A stretch of DNA of 32,000 bases, from the NCBI RefSeq assembly GCF_008000775.2, contig NZ_CP042905.2, positions 1,620,001-1,652,000 on the forward strand, read 5' to 3'. Each line of letters begins with the position of its first letter. The stretch's first letter is position 1. Positions 25,119 through 32,000 of this stretch are shown piece by piece. Source of the stretch: Promethearchaeum syntrophicum (GTDB lineage: Archaea > Asgardarchaeota > Lokiarchaeia > Sigyniarchaeales > Promethearchaeaceae). Both the position numbers and the translations under genes were made by a program. Below the pieces are notes generated by a model, which was given only the letters and a program-made list of their open reading frames with translations, ran no database searches and was not told the DNA's origin.

Positions 25119-26456
25119 ATGGAACCCATCAAAAAGCAAGAAAATCTTGACATTCATCTTGATAGCAGTAACGAGATTATCGTTGAAAGAAAAGTTACTG
25201 ATGATTTTAATGAAATGGTTAAAATTGTGTTTTGGAATAGCTTGGGGTTCCTATTTTATATTTTTATCATTCCCTATGTTACAGCACAAATTTTTGCTAT
25301 AGATGAAACCCTTGTCGGTTTAATAATTGCTGCCCAACCTATTGGACGTTTATTTACAACTCCCTTTGTTGGGTATTTAATAGATAAATCTTCAAAGAAA
25401 CGATTAGTATTGATAGGTTCATTAGGAAGAACAATATCTTATTCTATTATGTGGGTTTCAATAGGATTAAATTCACCTATTGGATTTGCTTCAGGGGTTT
25501 TTATTCAAGGTGTATTAGTAGGCTTCTTTTGGCCGCCCTTTAATACGTTAGTTGCAGAAAAATCTTCAAAATTTTATCGTTCGGAAGCTTATGGAAAAAG
25601 AGGGGGAATGATTGGTTATGGTGCAATTGTGGGAGGTCTTATTAGTTTTTCAATATTCAATCTTAGTGCAGAATTTTTACCCGGAAATGTCTGGATTCAA
25701 TATAGCCCTTTAATTCTTTTTGCATTATTGAATGCTTATGCAGGATTTAGATTTTATACTAAAGTAGATGAGAGTTTAAAATTTTATACCAATCCTCTAA
25801 TTACAGATTCTGAAACGCAAAATACTATGACAAAAAACTCAAAATCAAAAAAAATGATTGTAGGGTTTCTATTTCTATTTCTTGCAACTATGGTATCGGC
25901 AATGAATAAAGAGATTGGAGATCCATTTATTCAAATATTTATGCTTGAAGAAGTTTTTTATAACACTACTTGGGTAATGTTAGCCCTTTTCATAGCTCGA
26001 ACAATATCACTAATCCTTGCTCCGAAACTTGGAATAATGGGTGATCGACTCCCTCCACTTCTTGGAATTTCTATTTTAAGTATAATAGGTGCTCTATTAA
26101 CATGGTTCCTGATAAATACAGACAATCTCATAATTTTCTCATTATTATTGATTTTAGATTTTGCGGTTGCCCAAGCGGGATCGTTAATAATTCAAAATCT
26201 AATTAGTCGGATTTCTACCCGGAATCGAGGTAAAATCTTTGCTATCATCGAATGGATGAAATTATTGGGATGGATAATTGGTCCAATTATAGGGGGTGCA
26301 ACTTGGCAATATATTAGTCCACGAGCACCTTTTATTACATCAATTTTTATGGAACTTTCATTAATTCTGATTTATTATCTCGCAATTATGAATTTAGCAA
26401 GGTTCTTAGCAGAAAAAGTAAGAAAACCTCAAAAAGTAATAGTTTTAGATGAATAA
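25119..26456 (+). CDS. MFS-type transporter
   Basis: About 12 predicted hydrophobic helices in two halves separated by a polar loop (~aa 215-245). The motif-A-like segment is GYLIDKSSKKRLVLIG. Confidence 0.75.
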   Translation: MEPIKKQENLDIHLDSSNEIIVERKVTDDFNEMVKIVFWNSLGFLFYIFIIPYVTAQIFAIDETLVGLIIAAQPIGRLFTTPFVGYLIDKSSKKRLVLIGSLGRTISYSIMWVSIGLNSPIGFASGVFIQGVLVGFFWPPFNTLVAEKSSKFYRSEAYGKRGGMIGYGAIVGGLISFSIFNLSAEFLPGNVWIQYSPLILFALLNAYAGFRFYTKVDESLKFYTNPLITDSETQNTMTKNSKSKKMIVGFLFLFLATMVSAMNKEIGDPFIQIFMLEEVFYNTTWVMLALFIARTISLILAPKLGIMGDRLPPLLGISILSIIGALLTWFLINTDNLIIFSLLLILDFAVAQAGSLIIQNLISRISTRNRGKIFAIIEWMKLLGWIIGPIIGGATWQYISPRAPFITSIFMELSLILIYYLAIMNLARFLAEKVRKPQKVIVLDE

Positions 26457-26470
26457 AAAAAAAAGGAAAA
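26457..26470 (-). terminator. Oligo-T tract (minus strand) after the downstream acyl-CoA synthetase paralog
   Basis: The plus-strand A-run at 26457-26464 and AAAA at 26467-70 read as T-runs on the minus strand, 14-27 nt past the stop at 26484-26486. Confidence 0.4.
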
Positions 26471-26483
26471 ATAGTGAATTAAT

Positions 26484-28277
26484 TTAAGATTTTTTGTAAA
26501 GGTTTTCTAAATGTTCTCCATATTTCTTTAGAACGTTTCTTCTTTTCAATTTAAATGTTTGAGTTAGCATACTGTTTTCTAAAGTCATATCTTCAGTTGT
26601 AAAATAAAATTTCATTGGAATTTCGTAACCCCCAAACTTCCCTTTAAGGTGGGCTTTAATTTCTTTTCCTATGAGAATTTGGACTTCTGGAATTTGGATG
26701 ACCTTTTCTGGTGGAAGTGATAAATTTACTGCTTCAGCGTAAAGTTTCGCCTTTTCCATATCTGGAACTATTAAAGCAACATTATATTCCTTTCCGTCTC
26801 CATAAACCATGCAATTCGCTACCCAAGGGATTAATTTAATATACTCCTCGATGGCTGCTGGATGAACATATTTACCATTTAACAGTTTGTATTCGTTTTT
26901 TATTCGACCTGTGATAAAAACATAACCTTCTTCGTCAAAATGGCCAATATCTCCTGTTTTTACACCTTTAATTCCATTTTCATCTTCTACCATTATTGCT
27001 GCTGTTTTTTCTGGTTTATTTAGATATCCTTGCATTACAAATGGTGCAAAAGCAATAATTTCGCCTTCTTTCGTTATTTCCAACTTAACTTTTTCTATTG
27101 GTTTCCCAACACTTCCAAGTTTATGAAAGGAAGGACAATTCATACATAATGCAGGAGATGTTTCACTTAATCCGTAGCAATCGTAAATGGGAACACCAAT
27201 ATCATAGAAGAAATTTGCAATTTCAAGCTCTGTCTTAGCACTTGCTGTTAGAGAACATACCAATCGTGTTCCAAATCGTGCTCTAACCTTTCCGAAAACA
27301 ACCTTATCTAAGAGCTTAAATTTTAATCCCGCTTTTCCAGTTTCTCTCTTCTTTTTTGCAGCCTCTTTTGCCATATAGAATAATTTTTTCTTTATTCCAC
27401 CCTCTTCATCCATCAAACGATGGATTCCATCATAAATTTTATTAAATAATCTGGGAACAGAAATTAAATGAGTTGGATTGACCGTACTCAAATCTTCTGA
27501 CATATGTTCTACATCAGTAATCCCAATGGATGCACCTAAATAAGTAAATAGGCAGAGTTCCGCTGTCTGGGCGTATGAATGGGCCCAAGGTAATATACTT
27601 AAAGCTACACATTTCTCATTCAATTCAGGATAGATATTTCTTCCTGCCATCATATTATTTGTGACGTTGCCGTGAGATAGAATTACTCCTTTTGGATCTC
27701 CCGTGGTGCCTGATGTATAGATTATACATGCAATATCAGAAAATAAAGGTTCTTTTGGTGGTATTGGATGTTGCTCTCCCATTTTTTCTAAGGTTGCTAA
27801 ACTATTGTCAGCCTCACTTTCGATAATGTAAATTTTTTCTAAAGTGGGTATCTCATCAGCAAAATGTTTCATTTTCTCGTAAATTTCATTATTCGCTACA
27901 AAAAGTACTTTTATCTGACTGTCCTTAATAATATATTTCCAAGTATCTATCAATTCTTTCTCATACATAGGCACCCATTTTGCAATTAATCCAAAAGTTG
28001 CCATAGCACCTAGTATCCACTCCATTCGATTATTTGCGATTATTCCTACTGAATCTCCTTTTATAATACCAATTTTTTCTAAAGCAGCGCGCAAATTGTC
28101 AACACGTTTAGAAAAAATTTTATAGGTTATCCATTGGAAAACCCCTTTTTCATCTTTTTGTCCAATATAGGGTCGATCTGGGAATTTCTTTACCGTATCT
28201 TCTAATAATTTTACCCAATTATTGGGATCATCATATCGCATAATTGCAATATTTTTTCCATATTCTTCGTAAACCAT
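26484..28277 (-). CDS. Long-chain-fatty-acid--CoA ligase / AMP-dependent synthetase (paralog A)
   Basis: The AMP-binding motif is IIYTSGTTGDPKGV. Other motifs are YGLSETSP, TGDIG...G.VFITGRIK and YEIPMKF...LTQTFKLKRR. I moved the start to MVYEEYGK (ATG 28277) by comparison with paralog B. The tracked ORF begins at an upstream TTG. Confidence 0.85.
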   Translation of the reverse strand: MVYEEYGKNIAIMRYDDPNNWVKLLEDTVKKFPDRPYIGQKDEKGVFQWITYKIFSKRVDNLRAALEKIGIIKGDSVGIIANNRMEWILGAMATFGLIAKWVPMYEKELIDTWKYIIKDSQIKVLFVANNEIYEKMKHFADEIPTLEKIYIIESEADNSLATLEKMGEQHPIPPKEPLFSDIACIIYTSGTTGDPKGVILSHGNVTNNMMAGRNIYPELNEKCVALSILPWAHSYAQTAELCLFTYLGASIGITDVEHMSEDLSTVNPTHLISVPRLFNKIYDGIHRLMDEEGGIKKKLFYMAKEAAKKKRETGKAGLKFKLLDKVVFGKVRARFGTRLVCSLTASAKTELEIANFFYDIGVPIYDCYGLSETSPALCMNCPSFHKLGSVGKPIEKVKLEITKEGEIIAFAPFVMQGYLNKPEKTAAIMVEDENGIKGVKTGDIGHFDEEGYVFITGRIKNEYKLLNGKYVHPAAIEEYIKLIPWVANCMVYGDGKEYNVALIVPDMEKAKLYAEAVNLSLPPEKVIQIPEVQILIGKEIKAHLKGKFGGYEIPMKFYFTTEDMTLENSMLTQTFKLKRRNVLKKYGEHLENLYKKS

Positions 28278-28393
28278 TTTAAAAATCTCTTCTATAGTAA
28301 TAAGATTTAACAATCGGATAGAATAAAAATAAAATTATTTCGATTCTTTATAAAAAAGTGAAATTGTAATTCAAATTAATTATTAAAATGGAG

Positions 28394-28431
28394 TAAAAAA
28401 AACCACATTACATCAATTATTTGTTATGTGG
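28394..28431 (-). terminator. Hairpin plus T9 terminator between the two synthetase paralogs
   Basis: On the minus strand, CCACAT (28431-28426) pairs with ATGTGG (28408-28403) around a 17-nt loop. A T9 run follows (plus-strand A-run 28394-28402). The structure lies 17 nt after the stop of paralog B. Confidence 0.55.
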
Positions 28432-28447
28432 TGACAGTGTTTAACAA

Positions 28448-30238
28448 TCATTCTTTGTAAAGCCCTTCTATTTTTTCACCATATTTCTGTAGAACATTTC
28501 TTCTCTTCAATTTGAAAGTTTGGGTTAGCATACCATTATCTAAAGTGAAATCCTCCGTGGTAAAAATAAATTTCTTTGGTATTTCATAACCTCCGAAATT
28601 TCCTTTAAGGTGAGCTTTTATTTCTTTTCCGATGAGGGCTTGAACTTCAGGCATTTCAATAATTTTTTCGGGTGGGAGTGAAAGATCTGCCATTTCTGCA
28701 TATTTTTCCGCTGTAGCCATATCAGGAACAATTAGGGCAACATTATAATCCTTACCATCACCGAAAACCAAACAATTTGCAATCCATGGAATCAATTTGA
28801 TATATTCCTCCATCGCTGCGGGGTGTACATATTTACCGTTTAGTAGTTTGTACTCGTTCTTTATTCGACCTGTAATAAAAAGAAATCCATCTTCATCAAT
28901 ATGGCCGATATCTCCTGTTCTAATACCTTTAATTCCCTTTTCATCTTCTACCATAATCGCAGCTGTTTTTTCTGGTTTATTTAAATAACCTTGCATTATA
29001 TTTGGGCCATACGCAAGAATTTCACCCTCATCGGATATAACTACTTTTACTTTTTCTATCGGTTTACCTACACTTCCCAGCTTATGAAATGTGGGGCAAT
29101 TTATACTTATTGCGGGAGCAGACTCTGTTAATCCATATGCGTCATAAATGGGAAGACCGATATCAAAGAAGAAATTAGCTATTTCTAGTTCTGTCTTAGC
29201 GCTAGCAGTTAGCGAACATTCCAATTGAGTTCCAAATCTTGCTCTTACTTTTCCAAAAACAACCTTATCTAAGAGTTTATATTTAAATCCCGCTTTTCCT
29301 GTTTCTCTCTTCCTTTTTGCAGCTTCTTTTGCCATATAGAATAGTTTTTCCTTTATTCCACCTTCTTCCTCCATTAATCGATGTATTCCATCATATATTT
29401 TATTAAATAAACGAGGGACGCAGATTAAAAATGTTGGATTGGTCTTAACTAAGTCTTCTGACATATGATCTACATCAGTAATCCCAATAGAAGCCCCTAT
29501 CATAGTAAAGGCGCAGAGTTCAGCAGTTTGGGCATATGAATGAGCCCACGGTAATATGCTTAAAGCTCTAGATTTTTCATTTAAAGAAGGAAATACATTC
29601 TTCCCTGCTAATGCATTATTGGTTATATTTCCATGGGAAAGAAGAACTCCTTTTGGATCACCCGTTGTTCCTGATGTATAGATAATGCTACAGATATCAT
29701 TAAGCTGTGGTTCTTTTGAGGGAATTGGATTAGCTTCTCCAAGTTTTTCCAAAGATTTAAGGCTATTATCTGCATCGCTTTCTATTATGTAAATTTTCTC
29801 TAAAGTGGAGATATTATCAGTAAAATGCTTCATTTTCTCGTGAACTGCATTATTTGCAACAAAAAGCACTTTAATTTTCGAATCTTCAATTATATATTTC
29901 CATGTATCTACAAGCTCTTTTTCATACATTGGAACCCACTTTGCAATTAATCCGAATGTCGCAAATGCTCCAAGTGCCCATTCCATTCTATTTCCCGCTA
30001 TTATACCTACACAATCTCCTTCTACAATTCCAATTTTTGCCAAACCAGCGCGTAAATTATCAACTCGTTTTGCAAAATCCTTGTAGATTATCCATTGGAA
30101 GACTCCGTTTTCATCTTTTTGTCCAATATAGGGCCGATCTGGGAATTTCTGAACTGTATCTTCTAAAACTTTTACCCAATTACTGGGATCATCATATCGC
30201 ATGATTGCGATGTTTTTTCCATATTCTTCATATACCAT
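28448..30238 (-). CDS. Long-chain-fatty-acid--CoA ligase / AMP-dependent synthetase (paralog B)
   Basis: It is collinear and gap-free against paralog A, with roughly four of five residues identical by eye. Motifs are IIYTSGTTGDPKGV, YGLTESAP and TGDIGHIDEDGFLFITGRIK. Confidence 0.85.
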   Translation of the reverse strand: MVYEEYGKNIAIMRYDDPSNWVKVLEDTVQKFPDRPYIGQKDENGVFQWIIYKDFAKRVDNLRAGLAKIGIVEGDCVGIIAGNRMEWALGAFATFGLIAKWVPMYEKELVDTWKYIIEDSKIKVLFVANNAVHEKMKHFTDNISTLEKIYIIESDADNSLKSLEKLGEANPIPSKEPQLNDICSIIYTSGTTGDPKGVLLSHGNITNNALAGKNVFPSLNEKSRALSILPWAHSYAQTAELCAFTMIGASIGITDVDHMSEDLVKTNPTFLICVPRLFNKIYDGIHRLMEEEGGIKEKLFYMAKEAAKRKRETGKAGFKYKLLDKVVFGKVRARFGTQLECSLTASAKTELEIANFFFDIGLPIYDAYGLTESAPAISINCPTFHKLGSVGKPIEKVKVVISDEGEILAYGPNIMQGYLNKPEKTAAIMVEDEKGIKGIRTGDIGHIDEDGFLFITGRIKNEYKLLNGKYVHPAAMEEYIKLIPWIANCLVFGDGKDYNVALIVPDMATAEKYAEMADLSLPPEKIIEMPEVQALIGKEIKAHLKGNFGGYEIPKKFIFTTEDFTLDNGMLTQTFKLKRRNVLQKYGEKIEGLYKE

Positions 30239-30380
30239 TATAATACTCTCTTTTTAATGATAGTAAGATATTTTGTCCATAGAGCATAAAAAAGATGGTA
30301 TTTTAAATATAAAAAAATAAAGTACCTTTATAAAGTCAAAATAATTAGTGAATGGGATTAGAAATAAGAATAAAAACGGA

Positions 30381-31298
30381 TTAATTCCAAAACTCTGCTG
30401 AGAGATATCTTTCTCCGGTATCTGGGAATATAATTACAATTTTTTCTTGATCAGGATTTTTTTCGCAATATTTTAATGCAGCAGCCATTACTGCACCAGC
30501 AGAGATTCCAACGAATATACCTTCATAGAATGCCAAATCTTTAGTCATTTTAAAAGCTTCGTCTTCATTTACAGTGATAATCGATTGAAAAATATTAGTA
30601 TTAAGGACTTTCGGGATAAATCCAGCGCCTATACCTTGAATTTTATGTTTATTTGGTGTTCCTCCAGAAAGAATGTGTGAATTACTTGGTTCAACGCCAA
30701 TTATCTTAATCTCTGGGTTTAATGCTAACAATTTTGTTCCTACTCCTGTTATTGTTCCTCCTGTTCCGATTCCCGCAATAAAAACATCAATGTTATGATC
30801 CATATCTTCCCATATTTCCAAAGCTGTGGTTTTTGAATGAGCTTCTGGATTGGCGGGATTTTTAAATTGATTGGGAATATAAGAATTTGAACAATTCCGT
30901 GCCAATATTTCTGCTTGTGCTATAGAACCTTTCATTCCATCTCTACTTGGAGTAAGAATTACTTCCACACCGTAGGCTTTTAGAATTTTTTGCCGTTCAA
31001 TACTCACAGAATCAGGCATTACGATTTTTAATTCATAACCTTTAACTGCACAGACCATTGCTAAGCCAATTCCAGTATTTCCTGATGTTGGTTCAATTAT
31101 GATGGTGTTTTTATCGATTAAACCTTTTTTTTCAGCAGATTCGATCATGTTTAAAGCAATTCTTGATTTAATGCTTCCTCCTGGATTTAGTGCCTCAATT
31201 TTTGCGTATATTTCTGAAGACACGTGTTGAGTCAATTTATTTATTCGAATTAGTGGTGTTTTTCCTATTGCCTTTAAAATATTGTCAAATTTTGCCAT
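30381..31298 (-). CDS. cysK: Cysteine synthase (O-acetylserine sulfhydrylase), PLP-dependent
   Basis: TPLIRINKL, the PLP-lysine region LNPGGSIKSRIA, EPTSGNTGIGLA, GIGTGGTITGVG and ISAGA. GGAGA lies upstream of the ATG, 18 nt after the cysE stop. Confidence 0.9.
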   Translation of the reverse strand: MAKFDNILKAIGKTPLIRINKLTQHVSSEIYAKIEALNPGGSIKSRIALNMIESAEKKGLIDKNTIIIEPTSGNTGIGLAMVCAVKGYELKIVMPDSVSIERQKILKAYGVEVILTPSRDGMKGSIAQAEILARNCSNSYIPNQFKNPANPEAHSKTTALEIWEDMDHNIDVFIAGIGTGGTITGVGTKLLALNPEIKIIGVEPSNSHILSGGTPNKHKIQGIGAGFIPKVLNTNIFQSIITVNEDEAFKMTKDLAFYEGIFVGISAGAVMAAALKYCEKNPDQEKIVIIFPDTGERYLSAEFWN

Positions 31299-31316
31299 TT
31301 TTATTAATCTCCTTTC

Positions 31317-31997
31317 CTATTCATTTGTCAAATCTTTTTTTTCTTGATTATCTAAACGTTTTTCTAAATTGGAAATTTTCATTTCTAAATTTGTAATTAA
31401 TTTTAATACTGGGTCAGGAAGGATTCCATGTGAAAGAGCACTAATTTGTTCAATTACATCAGAGTCCCCTTTAATAATTCTACCAGGTACACCTACAACA
31501 ATGCTATTATCTGGGATATTTTTCGTTACTACACTGTTTGCTCCAATTTTAACATTATTTCCAATATTTATTGGTCCCAATATTTTCGCTCCTGCTCCTA
31601 CTTCAATATTATTACCGAGTGTAGGATGTCTTTTTTTCTTTTTTAAGCTAACTCCCCCGAGTGAAACCCCCTGATATAGAGTCACATTATTTCCAATTAC
31701 CGCTGTTTCTCCAATTACTACACCTGTTCCGTGGTCAATAAAAAAATTTTTACCTATGCTAGCTCCTGGGTGTATATCAATCCCTGTAATTTGCCTAGAG
31801 AGATTTGATATATATCGGGGAACAAAAGGTAACCCAATTTTCCAGAAAAAATGAGCAACGCGATGTAAAAGCACTGCTTGAATCCCCGGATAAGAAGTTA
31901 ACACTTCGATCATATTGTCTGCGGCTGGATCTTTACTAAACGCTTCAGTAACATCTGAAATAAAGAATTTTAGAATCTGTTCGATTTCGGTTATCAC
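31317..31997 (-). CDS. cysE: Serine O-acetyltransferase (hexapeptide-repeat family); the start is at or just beyond the window edge
   Basis: DPAA...[22 protein letters not shown], the core [64 protein letters not shown], and the C-terminal LPDPV helix. The tracked start corresponds to GTG at 31997 and the frame stays open to position 32000. Confidence 0.85.
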   Translation of the reverse strand: MITEIEQILKFFISDVTEAFSKDPAADNMIEVLTSYPGIQAVLLHRVAHFFWKIGLPFVPRYISNLSRQITGIDIHPGASIGKNFFIDHGTGVVIGETAVIGNNVTLYQGVSLGGVSLKKKKRHPTLGNNIEVGAGAKILGPINIGNNVKIGANSVVTKNIPDNSIVVGVPGRIIKGDSDVIEQISALSHGILPDPVLKLITNLEMKISNLEKRLDNQEKKDLTNE

Positions 31998-32000
31998 AGA

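Noticed and set aside
28278-28313. TTG-initiated 12-codon extension of acyl-CoA synthetase paralog A
   Set aside because: Paralog B starts at the homologous MVYEEYGK, so the ATG at 28277 is the parsimonious start.

Overview
AT-rich window (about one-third GC by eye) that looks archaeal. The evidence is a type-2 methionine aminopeptidase, a Roadblock/LC7 protein, a Mut7-C RNase, oligo-T tracts after genes, and SD-coupled internal operon genes. An Asgard/Lokiarchaeia-like origin is plausible but is only inference. No searches were run, so every family call comes from motifs I can read in the supplied translations. I support about 25 protein-coding genes and found no rRNA, tRNA, CRISPR array, transposase or integrase.

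The dominant feature is an ~18 kb, co-directional plus-strand cluster at 3354-21652. It is built around a MoxR AAA+ ATPase and a DUF58/vWA protein with an intact MIDAS motif. Its other members are:
- a 1686-1690 aa membrane-anchored, sequon-rich protein whose transglutaminase-like core has lost its catalytic Cys and His;
- a second sequon-rich bitopic protein ending in a DUF4129-like tail;
- a free-standing copy of that tail;
- a polytopic DUF4350-like membrane protein;
- a TPR protein;
- a polytopic coiled-coil membrane protein translationally coupled to DUF58.

The cluster is interrupted at 16189-18747 by a small island. The island holds a divergently transcribed helical protein, a stand-alone RelE/ParE toxin with its own operator-like repeats and terminator, and an LRR protein.

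Other notable items are a MetAP2 with a ~140 aa eukaryote-MetAP2-like polybasic/acidic N-terminal extension, a GyrI-like/ArsR pair coupled by an ATGA overlap, a divergent nuclease pair, and tandem acyl-CoA synthetase paralogs. The right end carries ordinary metabolism genes (MFS transporter, cysE-cysK).
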